A stretch of DNA of 64,000 nt from Methanomassiliicoccaceae archaeon (GTDB taxonomy: Archaea; Thermoplasmatota; Thermoplasmata; Methanomassiliicoccales; Methanomethylophilaceae): NCBI GenBank assembly GCA_016281925.1, contig JAEEJP010000034.1:33665-97664 (forward strand). Direction: 5' to 3'. The notes under the pieces were generated by a model that worked only from the letters and a program-made list of their open reading frames with translations, was not told the DNA's origin and ran no database searches. A program made the translations under genes and the position numbers. Below are positions 1-10,568 of the stretch, piece after piece. Numbering within the stretch: position 1 is the first letter of the stretch; every line of letters begins with the position of its first letter.

Positions 1-136
1 CCGTTATGCCGAAAGCCTGCGCTATATCCGGAAGGGCCGTGGTGACTATGGTCCCGTCGAGCCCGTCCACGAATGCCGCCAAGGCTATGACGGCATACAG
101 GAGCATTACCGCCCGCTTCCCAGGGTGTCCGATCAT
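1..136 (-). CDS. MFS transporter, DHA2/EmrB-QacA-like (5' part; runs off window)
   Basis: Manual translation from ATG at 136: MIGHPGKRAVMLLYAVIALAAFVDGLDGTIVTTALPDIAQAFGIT; the LDxTIVxxALPxI motif is typical of DHA2 TM1. Confidence 0.8.
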   Translation of the reverse strand, partial: MIGHPGKRAVMLLYAVIALAAFVDGLDGTIVTTALPDIAQAFGIT

Positions 137-200
137 CCGGCGGGCGATTGCCAGCGTAAATATAAAATAAAGTGCCCCGGCGGATGATGCCGGGACCGCA

Positions 201-851
201 TCAGCGGATGCGCCTGATCGCCTCGAAAGGCGTCACGTTTATGGCCTTCTCGGCCTCGGCTTCGGTCATCCCGGCCCCGAGGGCTACCGTCCTTGCCCTT
301 GCCTCGTCCATGAGGTCCTCGGGCGCATGGGCGTCGGAATCGATTATCATATCGGCCCCGGCTTCCCTGGCGACCTTCACCACATGGCCGTTGGTGAGAC
401 AGTGGCCTCTTCTGCCGCTGACTTCGATGAGCACGCCATTCTTTTTCGCCAGCTCCGCCTCTTCCGGGGTCAGGAACCCGGGATGCGCGAGGACGTCGAT
501 GTCCGGGTTCTCAACGGAAAGCCTGTTGGTTCCCGGCTAGACCGGCTCGACGGTCGTCTCCCCGTGGACCACCACCCATTGCGCCCCGAAGCTTCTGGCC
601 ATCTCCGCGACCTTGGCTATCCTGCACGGAGGCACATGGGTTATCTCCACACCCGGGATCGTCCTGATGTAATCCTCGCTGAGCTCCGCCGCTTTGACTA
701 CGTTCGTAACCACCCACTCGACGTTGGTCATGTCCACGTGGTCGGTGATGGCGATGGCGCCGTGCCCCAGCGTCATGGCGGTCCTGACCAGCTCCGCGGG
801 GATCAGCTCCCCGTCGCTGTAAATGCTGTGCGTGTGTAGGTCGGCTCTCAT
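201..851 (-). CDS. PHP-family phosphatase (putative histidinol-phosphatase) with in-frame TAG at 537-539 (putative Pyl)
   Basis: DLHTHS, ITDH, GVEITH, VHGET, LAHPG and DSDAH PHP motifs lie in one frame across the TAG (EPV*PGTN); ATGA overlap with hisIE. Confidence 0.85.
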
Positions 852-1450
852 TGGGCCCTCTCCGACAGCTTCGCATAGACCATGTCCATGGGAAGGCCGG
901 TCTTCTCTATGGCGACCATGGTGTGGTAGATGAGGTCTGCCAGCTCCCATGCCATCTCGTCTTCGTCCCTGTCCTTGATGGCCAGCGCGAATTCCCCGGC
1001 TTCCTCTATGATCTTCTTGCACATGCGGGTCTCGTCGTCGAACAGCTTGCACGTGTAGCTCTCGTCCGAGGGATTCTCGTGCCTGTCCCTGATCACGCGC
1101 CTCAGATCCGGCAGGATGGCCATGGTGGAATCCTTGTCGCCGTAGATGACGTCATTGAAACAGGACGGCGCGCCGGTGTGGCATGCTACCCCGGTCTGCT
1201 CGACCCTCACCAGCAGGGTGTCCGCGTCGCAGTCGGTCTGGATGGATTTTATCTTCTGCACGTGGCCGGATTCCTCGCCCTTCTTCCACATCTTCTGCCT
1301 GCTTCTGGACCAGAAGTGGGTGTATCCGGTGCTTTTCATCAGTTCCACGGCCTCTTCGTTGGCCCACGCGACCATGAGGACCTCGTTGGTTATCCAGTCC
1401 TGCACGACCACGGTTATCAGCCCTTTGTCGTCGTATTTGAGTTCGGTCAT
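848..1450 (-). CDS. hisIE: bifunctional phosphoribosyl-AMP cyclohydrolase / phosphoribosyl-ATP pyrophosphatase
   Basis: [47 protein letters not shown]; true start MTELKY at 1450 overlaps the hisF stop. Confidence 0.95.
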   Translation of the reverse strand: MTELKYDDKGLITVVVQDWITNEVLMVAWANEEAVELMKSTGYTHFWSRSRQKMWKKGEESGHVQKIKSIQTDCDADTLLVRVEQTGVACHTGAPSCFNDVIYGDKDSTMAILPDLRRVIRDRHENPSDESYTCKLFDDETRMCKKIIEEAGEFALAIKDRDEDEMAWELADLIYHTMVAIEKTGLPMDMVYAKLSERAQ

Positions 1451-2199
1451 CTTACCGCGATCCCCCTGTCCCTCAGATATTCCTTGACTTCGGAGACGGT
1501 GCATTCGTTGTAATGGAAAATGGAGGCCGCCAGCGCCGCGGACACTCCCGTGCGCTCGAAAACCTCGGCTATGTGCTCCTTGGATCCGCATCCGCCGGAA
1601 GCGATGACGGGTATGTCCACCGCGTCGGTGACCGCGGCCGTCAGAGGGATGTCGTAGCCGGTCTTCACGCCGTCGGCATCCATCGAGGTGAGAAGGATCT
1701 CGCCCGCGCCAAGATCCTGGGCCTTCTGCGCCCACTCCACAGCGTCGATCCCGGCCGAGCGCGTGCCTCCGTGGGTGAAAACCTCCCAATGGTCGCCGAC
1801 CTTCTTCCCGTCTATGGCCACTATCACGCATTGCTTGCCGAAATCCTGGGCACATTCCACGATTATTTCCGGATTCTTCACGGCGGCCGAGTTCACCGAG
1901 ACTTTGTCTGCCCCGGCGTTGAGGGCTTCCCTCATATCGGCGGCGTTTTTGATCCCGCCTCCCACAGCCAGAGGTATCGTGAGGTTCTTCGCCGTCTCGG
2001 AGACGATGTCCAGCATGGTCTGCCTCGATTCCAGGGAGGCGGATATGTCGAGGAACGTTATCTCGTCCGCCCCTTGGGCCTCGTATTCCACCGCCATCTT
2101 GGGCGGGTCTCCGACGTCTCTCAGACCTTTGAAATTGATCCCTTTCACTACCCTGCCGCCTTTCATGTCGAGGCAGGGGATTATCCTTTTCGCCAGCAT
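1447..2199 (-). CDS. hisF: imidazole glycerol phosphate synthase cyclase subunit
   Basis: [49 protein letters not shown]. Confidence 0.97.
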   Translation of the reverse strand: MLAKRIIPCLDMKGGRVVKGINFKGLRDVGDPPKMAVEYEAQGADEITFLDISASLESRQTMLDIVSETAKNLTIPLAVGGGIKNAADMREALNAGADKVSVNSAAVKNPEIIVECAQDFGKQCVIVAIDGKKVGDHWEVFTHGGTRSAGIDAVEWAQKAQDLGAGEILLTSMDADGVKTGYDIPLTAAVTDAVDIPVIASGGCGSKEHIAEVFERTGVSAALAASIFHYNECTVSEVKEYLRDRGIAVR

Positions 2200-2200
2200 A

Positions 2201-2755
2201 TCATTCGCCTCCGAATCTGACGCTGTCTTTGGTGCTGAGCTCCGTCTCCCTGATCCTGACGGCTTCCTTCAGCGCCTTGCCGGTCGCCTTGAACCCGGCC
2301 TCTATGATGTGGTGCTCGTCGAACCCGCGGAACACCATGATGTGCAGGGTGACCCCGGCGGTCATCGCGAAGCTCCTCATGAAATGGTGGTATTCGGGCG
2401 ACGGGCAGTCAATGTCCGCGTACGGCCTGTCAACCAGATCCAGGGAGGACATCACGAGGGCGTCGTCCATCGGAACGACCGCCGTGGCCATCCTCTCGAT
2501 CGGCCTTCCGTCCAGAGCGTCCCTGAATGCTTTCCCTATGGTTATAGCCGTATCCTCGATGATATGGTGGTCATTGTCGCCGTAAGCGCTGACCTTCAGA
2601 TCGAAGGAAGCGTATCTGGCGAGGGTTTCCACCATATGCTTCAGGAACATGATGCTGCTGTCGACCTCGAATTTCCCGGTCCCGTCTATTCCGAGCTCGA
2701 CGGAGATCTGCGTCTCCCTTGTCATGCGCTCGACTTTCGCTGTCCTTCCGGCCAT
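2201..2755 (-). CDS. hisB: imidazoleglycerol-phosphate dehydratase
   Basis: [35 protein letters not shown]. Confidence 0.95.
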   Translation of the reverse strand: MAGRTAKVERMTRETQISVELGIDGTGKFEVDSSIMFLKHMVETLARYASFDLKVSAYGDNDHHIIEDTAITIGKAFRDALDGRPIERMATAVVPMDDALVMSSLDLVDRPYADIDCPSPEYHHFMRSFAMTAGVTLHIMVFRGFDEHHIIEAGFKATGKALKEAVRIRETELSTKDSVRFGGE

Positions 2756-2795
2756 GGTAACGCGCACGAGTAAGAGTCGGACGTATAAAGCATAT

Positions 2796-3212
2796 TCACC
2801 GGGAGCTCTCGATTGGTTCTAAAGGACGGACGATGGCCAGGTTCGAGCATCCCATGCACATCCCCAGGTCCCCGGTATACCCTTCCAGGATGTAGAGGGC
2901 CTTCAGAAGCCCGCTTTCCTTTATGAAACGGCATATGGAGCACAAGGCTTCGGTGACATCCTCGCCTGCCGCGACCTTGTCCGCTTCCCCGGCGATGAAA
3001 GCGTAGAAATCGTCCCTGTATTCGCTCCTGTCGATGAGCCCGTTGCCTTCCGCGAAGCCTTTCAGATACTGGGATACGGCCGCGCTGGTGACGCCGAACA
3101 TGGATGCCACCTGGACCTGCGTCATGCCGTGCCTTCTGACGAGCTCCTCGGCGAGGGCGCCCTTGGCCGTGGGAAGTATGCGGGTGACTACGATTTCGCA
3201 TGGGAGCTTCAT
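2796..3212 (-). CDS. archaeal HTH transcriptional regulator
   Basis: MKLPCEI..LP..TQVQVASMFGVTSAAVSQY HTH pattern; C-terminal CxxC. Confidence 0.8.
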   Translation of the reverse strand: MKLPCEIVVTRILPTAKGALAEELVRRHGMTQVQVASMFGVTSAAVSQYLKGFAEGNGLIDRSEYRDDFYAFIAGEADKVAAGEDVTEALCSICRFIKESGLLKALYILEGYTGDLGMCMGCSNLAIVRPLEPIESSR

Positions 3213-3263
3213 AGTTGCGCGGGAATCTGTGGCCGCATTGATATAGATTGCCTGGGGCAGGAT

Positions 3264-6200
3264 TCATCTCATGGAGACGGGCGACCATTTCAGGACCTTC
3301 ATGGGGATCGGCTTCTCCATCCTCCAGCGGATTGTCATCGGCCTGCTGCCGGAATGCGAGATGTAATGGGCTTTCCCCAGGAACACGTAAGCCATGCTTC
3401 CCCCGTAGGCTCCGGATTTCTTCTCCCTGGCGAACAGAATCACGCTGCTTCCCATGCTGTCATGGGCGATGTAGCGCCGCCCGGTGGACGAATCCTCGGA
3501 AGTCGTGCTCTGGCTCTGCCAGTTGAACTCGCTTTCGCCGACGGGATAGTCGTCATACATCGTCGTCGGGGAATACTCGCCTTCCTTCTTGTTCAGCGTG
3601 ACGAAAAGCAGGTCGCATCCGTTGTTTCTGTCGTAATAGACGCCTTCCCTGAGGGTGCCCGTGTCGCCGGCCTCGATTATCCCCAAAGCCGCCCGGATCT
3701 GGTCGACGCTGTACGAGCAATGCAGCCTGAGGGGATTCGCATGGCCTATGTCCACGGGCTCCTCCACGAACCTCACCCCGTCCCGGTTCATCCTGAGCAG
3801 ATCCCTGAGTTCCGGGAGATATCCCGGCCTGCCTCTGAGCCAGCCCAGGAACTCCCCCAGATTCCCGCTGCCTCCGGATCCGGCAGAGGTATGGAAGGTG
3901 AAGTACAGCATCGAGGCATGGCGGACATCCAGTTCCCCGCGCCCGTCATAGCCGTCCAGAATCCTGAGGATGGCGTCGATCCAGGATACGCTGTCGATGC
4001 TGGACATCCTCAGGAACGCCTTGGCAAACGTCTTCTCGTCCTCTGGATCGGGATTCCCTCCGCGGACCGAAACGGCCATACCATGGAGAGTGCGCTCGCC
4101 TCCTCTGTAGACCGCGTACGGATCGATTCCGGCGTATTCCGCGAACTCAGAGGGGGAGGGGTCCCTTCCGAATTCGTCTATGAACCCTCTCATGGACCTT
4201 TCCAGAAGCTTCTTTCCGGTGCTTCCGCCTCCGATGGCATCCAGTATGCGCTTCTTGGCGATCTCTTCCAGCCCGATGTAGCACCCGGTGGGAAGCCCGG
4301 TGAACCCGTTCTGGATCTGCGTTCTTACCGCCATCGCCGGGCATGAAGTGAGATAGGCTATCTGCCTCTGGTAGAAGTCGTATTTAGCGTCGAACTGGCC
4401 GACGAAATCCAGAACCGTCAGCTCCGTCTTGCCTTGGGAGGGGCAGAGCCTGAGCCCGCGCCCTAGCTGCTGGATGAACACGGTCATGCTCCCGGTCGGG
4501 CGCAGGAAGAGCTCTGTGTTCACCTCCGGTATGTCCACCCCTTCATTGTATATGTCCACGGAGAAGATGAAATTGATCTCCCCGCGGGAAAGCCTGCCTT
4601 TGGCCTCCCTCCTGACGTCCTCCGGGGAATCGCTGGTCAGCGCCGCAGACGGTATGCCGACGCCGCAGAACCTCTCCGCCATATAGTTCGCGTGGGCTTT
4701 GGAGACGCAGAAACCGAGGCCCTTCACCGAAGAAATGTCCGGGGCGTATCTCTTTATCGCGTCGCAGATCACCCCGATGCGGCCGTCGTCCCTGAGATAA
4801 ATCCTGGTGAGCTCTTCCTCGTCGAACTTCCCCCTCAAGAACCTTACTTTGGAGATGTCAGTGGGGTCGGTCACCGCGAAATAATGGAACGGAACAAGCA
4901 GACCCCTGTCGATGGCCTCGGGAAGGCGGATCTCCCCGGCGATCCTCCCGCCGAAAGAGACGGCGATATCCTTCCCGTCCATGCGCTCCGGGGTGGCGGT
5001 GAGGCCCAGCAGGATTTTCGGCTTCATCCCGAATATCCCGCGGTAGCTCTCGGCCCCGGCGTGATGGGTCTCGTCCACTATTATGAAATCATAGAATTCC
5101 GGATCCAGACTCTCGGCGTATCCCCGGGATCTCAGGGTCTGCACGGACATGAAGACATGATCGAGGGAAGGCGGCGAGATGCTTCCTGCGCATATGCCGC
5201 CGAAATTCTGGTCATGGAGGACCAGACGGAAGGTCTGGAGGCTTTTGCGGAGGATCTCCTCCCTGTGGGCGACGAACAGAAGCCGGTTCGTCCTGCCTCT
5301 GTTCTCCGGCCTCTCGGTGAAACGTCTGTAATCGAACGCCGCGATCACGGTCTTCCCGGTGCCGGTAGCCGCCACCACGAGATTGCGGAAGACATGGTGG
5401 ACCTCCCTCTCGGCCTCCAATTGGGCCAGGATCTCCTCCTGGTAGGGATACGGCCTGATGTCGAACATGGTCATGTCCACGGACCCGGGATCCGAAGCTC
5501 TGAAACGGGAAAGCGCCTCCCTCAGAGCATCTCCGTCCTTTTCCGGATCGTATGCCGCGAAATCCTGCGAGTTCCAGCATTCCTCGAAAGCCTTCCCTAC
5601 TGACGCCATTATATACGGGGCATCGGAGGAGGTGACTTTCATGTTCCATTCCGCCCCGTCCGTGACCGCCGCGCGGGAGAGATTGGAGGACCCGATTACA
5701 GCGGAATCCAGCCCCGTCTTCCTCCTGAAGACGTATGCTTTCGCGTGGAGGCGGGTGTTGTCGTTCTCATAGGAGACTCTGACAGAGCTGTTCGGAAGCC
5801 CGGAAAGCCAGTCTATCGCGCTGGCATCGGTTATCCCGAGATAGGTTGTGGTCAGCACCCGGAGCTTCCCGCCGCCGCGGGCGAATCTCTCCAGGGAATC
5901 CCGGATCGTGCGGATGCCGCTCCATTTGATGAAGGAAACGAGGAAATCTACCTCGTCGGAAGTCACGATCTCCTTGTTCAGTTCGTCCATCAGGCTGGGC
6001 TCGCCCCTTTTGTTCGTGAAAAGGGTGCTGAAAGACATCGGAGTCGGCGGGCGGATGCCGATGAGATCTCTGCGGGCGCCCGACCTGACCGCCAGAAGCT
6101 GCCTCCCGCCGCCGGATATCAGGCATCTGGCCAGTGATCCGTCCCCTGTCCTCTCTATGAGGCCCTCTATTATCCCGTTACAGATGCCGACTTCCTCGGA

Positions 6201-6416
6201 AATCGCTTCCGATATGCCCGTGCGGCTGCTTCCATGCCTGCCTGCGGCGGATTCCAGGGCGCGGCGGACGATCCCGGCGACGTACTGGGACAGGATCTCT
6301 GGGGAATCCTCCGGGGATATCCCCCTGATCTCGGCGTCTTCGACCCCCAGATCCGAAAGGGCCTCGTCTATGGACTCGCTGATGACATGCTCGTAGATTC
6401 CCTCTTCCAGCCTCAT
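3264..6416 (-). CDS. PLD nuclease-SF2 helicase-DUF3427 protein (SauUSI-like type IV restriction enzyme)
   Basis: PLD RLHAKAY..GSSNLS; Walker A ATGTGKT; DETHH; GLTATPERMD; NEGVDIP; QQLGRGLR; C-terminal YDDY..FNWQSQS DUF3427-like region. Confidence 0.85.
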   Translation of the reverse strand: MRLEEGIYEHVISESIDEALSDLGVEDAEIRGISPEDSPEILSQYVAGIVRRALESAAGRHGSSRTGISEAISEEVGICNGIIEGLIERTGDGSLARCLISGGGRQLLAVRSGARRDLIGIRPPTPMSFSTLFTNKRGEPSLMDELNKEIVTSDEVDFLVSFIKWSGIRTIRDSLERFARGGGKLRVLTTTYLGITDASAIDWLSGLPNSSVRVSYENDNTRLHAKAYVFRRKTGLDSAVIGSSNLSRAAVTDGAEWNMKVTSSDAPYIMASVGKAFEECWNSQDFAAYDPEKDGDALREALSRFRASDPGSVDMTMFDIRPYPYQEEILAQLEAEREVHHVFRNLVVAATGTGKTVIAAFDYRRFTERPENRGRTNRLLFVAHREEILRKSLQTFRLVLHDQNFGGICAGSISPPSLDHVFMSVQTLRSRGYAESLDPEFYDFIIVDETHHAGAESYRGIFGMKPKILLGLTATPERMDGKDIAVSFGGRIAGEIRLPEAIDRGLLVPFHYFAVTDPTDISKVRFLRGKFDEEELTRIYLRDDGRIGVICDAIKRYAPDISSVKGLGFCVSKAHANYMAERFCGVGIPSAALTSDSPEDVRREAKGRLSRGEINFIFSVDIYNEGVDIPEVNTELFLRPTGSMTVFIQQLGRGLRLCPSQGKTELTVLDFVGQFDAKYDFYQRQIAYLTSCPAMAVRTQIQNGFTGLPTGCYIGLEEIAKKRILDAIGGGSTGKKLLERSMRGFIDEFGRDPSPSEFAEYAGIDPYAVYRGGERTLHGMAVSVRGGNPDPEDEKTFAKAFLRMSSIDSVSWIDAILRILDGYDGRGELDVRHASMLYFTFHTSAGSGGSGNLGEFLGWLRGRPGYLPELRDLLRMNRDGVRFVEEPVDIGHANPLRLHCSYSVDQIRAALGIIEAGDTGTLREGVYYDRNNGCDLLFVTLNKKEGEYSPTTMYDDYPVGESEFNWQSQSTTSEDSSTGRRYIAHDSMGSSVILFAREKKSGAYGGSMAYVFLGKAHYISHSGSRPMTIRWRMEKPIPMKVLKWSPVSMR

Positions 6417-6483
6417 GGATGCGACCGATGCTGGAGATCAGTAGGATTATTAGCTGCTGTCGATCGCCTGACGGCTCCGGGAG

Positions 6484-6500
6484 GGAGAAAGATCAGAAAA
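6484..6500 (-). terminator. pyrimidine/T-rich putative terminator downstream of hisA CGA
   Basis: Minus strand reads TTTTCTGATCTTTCTCC about 16 nt after the CGA. Confidence 0.4.
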
Positions 6501-6515
6501 CTGCCGGACGGGACG

Positions 6516-7229
6516 TCGCGCCCGCCACGGCGTATCCCATTCCCACGGGCGGATGACTTCGGTGTACATGGCGAGGCCAACCCCCGCTCCCTCCGCCCCG
6601 CACTCGGACAGTATCTCCGCGTCCTCTCTGGAGGTCACTCCGCCGGACGCTATCACTTTGTGCGGGCATGAGCGGATGAAATCCCTTGCCTGGCGCTCGT
6701 CTATGCCTTTCCTCCGGCCTTCGACGTCGACATTGGTGTTGAGCACCGCGGCCAGAGGCATCCCCTTTATGCGGGCGAACATCTCGCCTACGGTGAGCTC
6801 CGCGGATTCCTGCCAGCCTTTGACTGCGATGCGCCCGCCTTTGGTGTCCATGGAAAGAACCATCCTGCCGGGGAATTCGTCGGCCAGATCCGCGAGCCAA
6901 TCGGGATCCCTGACGGCCTTGGTCCCCACTATCACGCGGTCGGCGCCCGCCGAGATCAGCTCTCTGACGGCTTCGGAAGACCTTATCCCTCCGCCGATCT
7001 CCACCGGAACCCCGAATTCTTTTATGATCCTCTTGAAGACCGGGAAATTGTTCTCCTTCCCGAATGCTCCGTCGAGATCGACCAGATGGAGGTATTCCGC
7101 GCCTTTGCCTATCCACATCCCCGCCACGGCGACGGGATCGGGCATGACGATCTGCTGGCTTCCGGGTACGCCTCCCACCAGCTGGACTACCTGGTGGTCC
7201 AGGACGTCGACGGCAGGTATCACCCTCAT
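6516..7229 (-). CDS. hisA: ProFAR isomerase (end placed at CGA 6516-6518; standard code extends to TAA at 6450)
   Basis: IPAVDV, HLVDLDGAF, EIGGGIRS, GADRVIVGT, IASGGV; 237 aa to the CGA is a normal HisA length. Confidence 0.93.
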
Positions 7230-7831
7230 ATGCGCTCCTCCGCGAAGGCTATGAAATTCCGGAGCAGCTTCTTACCTGTAACACTGCTCTTCTCCGGGTG
7301 GAACTGGGTGCCGTAGACGTTGCCTTTCCTGAAGAAGCATCCGAACTCCTTCCCGTCGTATTCCGTGGTCCCGACGCATATCCCGGGATCGTCCGGGCAT
7401 CCGCGGTAGGAGTGCACGAAATAGAACATGCGGTCGTCCACGCCTTCGAACAGGGGATCGTCGGTCCTGACCTCGTTCCATCCCATATGCGGCAGGATTC
7501 TGCCTTCCATCTTCCTGACGTATCCAGAATAGTATCCCAGGCCGGGCTCCGAGCCTTCCTCGCTGCCTCCGAAAAGGATCTGCATCCCGATGCAAATCCC
7601 GAGCGCCGGGACGCCGGACTCCAGCATCGACAGTATAGTCTCCCTGTGCGGGAGAAGGGCTTTCGCGGTCCTGTCGAACGCCCCCACGCCGGGGAACACG
7701 ATGCATTCCGCGCCCTCTATCTTCGATATGTCTCTGATGACTTCGACGTCAGCCCCGCATCTCTCCAGCGATTTCGTGATGGAATAGATGTTCCCCACGC
7801 CGTAGTCCGTGACGGTTATCTTCAGCGGCAT
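7226..7831 (-). CDS. hisH: IGP synthase glutamine amidotransferase subunit
   Basis: DYGVGN, PGVGAF, LGICIGMQ, PHMGWN, YFVHSY, QFHPEKS. Confidence 0.97.
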   Translation of the reverse strand: MPLKITVTDYGVGNIYSITKSLERCGADVEVIRDISKIEGAECIVFPGVGAFDRTAKALLPHRETILSMLESGVPALGICIGMQILFGGSEEGSEPGLGYYSGYVRKMEGRILPHMGWNEVRTDDPLFEGVDDRMFYFVHSYRGCPDDPGICVGTTEYDGKEFGCFFRKGNVYGTQFHPEKSSVTGKKLLRNFIAFAEERI

Positions 7832-8871
7832 CCCGAAATCACCTCTTCAGCTTTCTCCAGAAGAAGCCTGTTCTGCTCCGGGGTTCCGACCGTGGTCCTG
7901 ACGCAGTTCTCCGTCCTGCGCTTCGCGCCGAAATCGCGTATCAGGATGCCTCTGCTCTTCAGCCCTTCCACCAGGGCAGCATGGTCTATCGGCGACCTGG
8001 CCAGGATGAAATTGGAATCCGACGGGAAAGGCTCGAACCCGAGTTTCCTGAGCCCGGCGGCCAGCTTCGGCCTCTGCTCCCTGACCATCTCGACGCTCCT
8101 CCTGACGAAATCCTGGTCTTTCACCGCCGCGATCGCCGCGCCCTCGCTGATCATGTTCAGCGAATACGGGATCTTCACGCACATCATCATCTCGGCCAGC
8201 TTGGGGTTCGACGCCGCATATCCCACGCGGAGGGCGGCCATGGCATAGGCCTTGGAGAAAGTCCTGAGCACGACGAGGTTGTCGAATTCGTCCACCCTGC
8301 GGATCATCGATCCCTCGGAGTATTCGGCGTAGGCCTCGTCGACGACCACTATTCCCCTGAATCTGGAGAGGATCTCCTCGATGTCCCTCTGCCTGAAGCA
8401 ATTCCCGGTGGGGTTGTTGGGCGAGGGCATTATCGCGATCTTCGCGTCCTGCCTGCATATCGCGTCCACGTCGAGCTGGAAATCCTCGGTGAGATCGGTT
8501 TCTATCGCTCTTCCGCCGTTCAGGCCCACGAAATAATCGTAAAGAGTGTAGGACGGGACGGGCACGACGCTGTTGTCGCCCCAGTTCATGAAAGTCTTGA
8601 ATGTTACGTCCAGAAGCTCGTCCGATCCGTTCCCGGCTATGAAATTGTCAGCCTGGAGGCCGTAAAGCTCCCCGAGAGCGGCCCTGAGGCCGTCCGAATA
8701 TGTGTTGGGATAGGAATCCAGCTGCCACCTGCCTCCGGCCAGATACATTTCCGCCGCCGGATTCGGGCCGAGGACGTTCGTGTTGGTGTCCAGCCTGAGC
8801 TCTCCGCTGAGCTTAGGATTGTAATATCTCTGGAAGCCGCGGGCGGTCTCCCTCATCACGCTGCGGTCCAT
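7822..8871 (-). CDS. hisC: histidinol-phosphate aminotransferase
   Basis: GNGSDE, PNNPTG, VDEAYAE, RTFSKAY..LRVGY; his cluster context. Confidence 0.95.
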   Translation of the reverse strand: MDRSVMRETARGFQRYYNPKLSGELRLDTNTNVLGPNPAAEMYLAGGRWQLDSYPNTYSDGLRAALGELYGLQADNFIAGNGSDELLDVTFKTFMNWGDNSVVPVPSYTLYDYFVGLNGGRAIETDLTEDFQLDVDAICRQDAKIAIMPSPNNPTGNCFRQRDIEEILSRFRGIVVVDEAYAEYSEGSMIRRVDEFDNLVVLRTFSKAYAMAALRVGYAASNPKLAEMMMCVKIPYSLNMISEGAAIAAVKDQDFVRRSVEMVREQRPKLAAGLRKLGFEPFPSDSNFILARSPIDHAALVEGLKSRGILIRDFGAKRRTENCVRTTVGTPEQNRLLLEKAEEVISGCR

Positions 8872-8872
8872 C

Positions 8873-9736
8873 TCAATCGACCAGCCTTTCTATCGGCATG
8901 GTCAGGATGCCTTTTGCCCCGACCTTCTTGAGCTCGGAGATGACGCGGTATACCTGGTCCGAATCGATGACCGCATGGACCGCGACCGTGTCCCCGACTC
9001 CGGATATGGGCACGACAGTGGGCCCGCCGATCCCGGGGATTATGCGCTCCACTTCGGGGAGGGCCGATTTGGGGACGTCGGCCATTATGTATTTCCTGCC
9101 CTCCGCGGCGATGACGCTGGCTATGGAGCTGACGATGAGGCCTATCTCTTCCCTGTGATCCTTCAGAGCGGAATCGGACGAGACGATGGCGGCCTGCGAC
9201 TCGACGATGGTCCCCACCTCCACGAGCCTGTTCATCTTGAGGGTGGACCCGGTCGACACCAGATCCACTATGTAATCCGAGATTCCGAGATAGGGCATGA
9301 TCTCCGCGGCTCCGGACACGACGATGACGCTGACGTCCTTTCCGTGAGAGGCGAAGAACTTCTTTGTGATCTTGGGGAACGAAGTGGCGATGCGGCTCCC
9401 GTCTTTGATGTCCTCGACGCGTCTCACGGGAGATCCCTCCGGAACCGCGACAGAAAGGCGGCAGAAGCCGAACCCGAGATCCAGAAGATCGATCAGGTCA
9501 TGGCCCGATTCGGCGACCTGGTCCAGTCCGGTGATGCCTATGTCGATCGCTCCCTTGTCGATGAATTCAGGGATGTCCTGGGCGCGGACGAACATGACCT
9601 CTATGTCCTGGTTCTTGACCTTGGCATAAAGCCTCCTGCCTATGTCGTCCCCGAGAACGAGGCCCGCTTTCGTGAGAAGCTCGATGGTCCTTTCGTTCAG
9701 CCTACCTTTGTTTGGGACTCCGAATCTGAGCGTCAT
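8873..9736 (-). CDS. hisG: ATP phosphoribosyltransferase (long form)
   Basis: PNKGRL, RAQDIP, DIGITG, DLVSTGSTL, C-terminal regulatory domain. Confidence 0.97.
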   Translation of the reverse strand: MTLRFGVPNKGRLNERTIELLTKAGLVLGDDIGRRLYAKVKNQDIEVMFVRAQDIPEFIDKGAIDIGITGLDQVAESGHDLIDLLDLGFGFCRLSVAVPEGSPVRRVEDIKDGSRIATSFPKITKKFFASHGKDVSVIVVSGAAEIMPYLGISDYIVDLVSTGSTLKMNRLVEVGTIVESQAAIVSSDSALKDHREEIGLIVSSIASVIAAEGRKYIMADVPKSALPEVERIIPGIGGPTVVPISGVGDTVAVHAVIDSDQVYRVISELKKVGAKGILTMPIERLVD

Positions 9737-9824
9737 TTGAATCCTTCCGTCGGATGCTTCGTATATGCGCGGTATAGATAAGGATGACGGGAAAGGAATC
9801 TGGCGCCGGAGGGCGGCCCGGCCC

Positions 9825-10568
9825 TTACAGACCCTTGGGCCCGAACTTCCTGTCCAGCTTGCAGTTCACGTCGCCGGTCCTCTCGTATTCGCGGATGCGC
9901 TCGTAATCCTCGATGTAATCGATCTCGCCCCAGAACAGATCGGAGACGTCCACCACCCTCACGTCATCCCTGTCGAGATAGTTGTAGAGGATGTTCTCCC
10001 ACCAAAGCCTGTATTGCTCGTTCCAGACCAGCTCGTCCATCCTGGCCGCGAACTTAGGGACGAAAGCGGCCGGTATGACGGCCATGCCCACGTATTCGCA
10101 GTTCCTCTCGTCCGGCTTCAGCTCCTTCCCGTATTTCCGTATGCATCCGTCCTATACGCAGAAGAAGAAATCGCCGATCTCGCGCCTCGAGCGGTCGGCA
10201 GCCATCACCGGGCCTTCCGATTCCATGAGCCTGTCCAGGATCTTATCGTCCCAGTAGACATCGGCGTTCATCACGAGGGCATCCTCGCCGTCCGAAAGGA
10301 ATTCCCTGGCCATCCACAGCGAACCGAGGCTGTTGGTCTCGGAATAAAAGGGATTCTCATAGAATCTGACATCGCATCCGTCCAGGCATCCGCGGATGAA
10401 ATCGCCTTCATATCCGAGGACCACCGCCACTTTGATCCCTCTTGCGGCCAGCATCTCGACGGTGCGCCTTATGATGGGCTTCCCCCCGACCTCTATGGTG
10501 CTCTTGGGGCGCATGAAATGCCTCTGAATCCTAGTGCCTTTGCCTGCTGCCAGCAATATCGCTCTCAT
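9825..10568 (-). CDS. LicC-like phosphocholine cytidylyltransferase-family NTP transferase with in-frame TAG at 10152-10154
   Basis: AILLAAGKGTR..PK, NSLGSL, NADVY before the TAG; CEYVG and WGEIDYIEDY in the same frame after it (FFCV*DGCIRKYGKEL). Confidence 0.8.
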
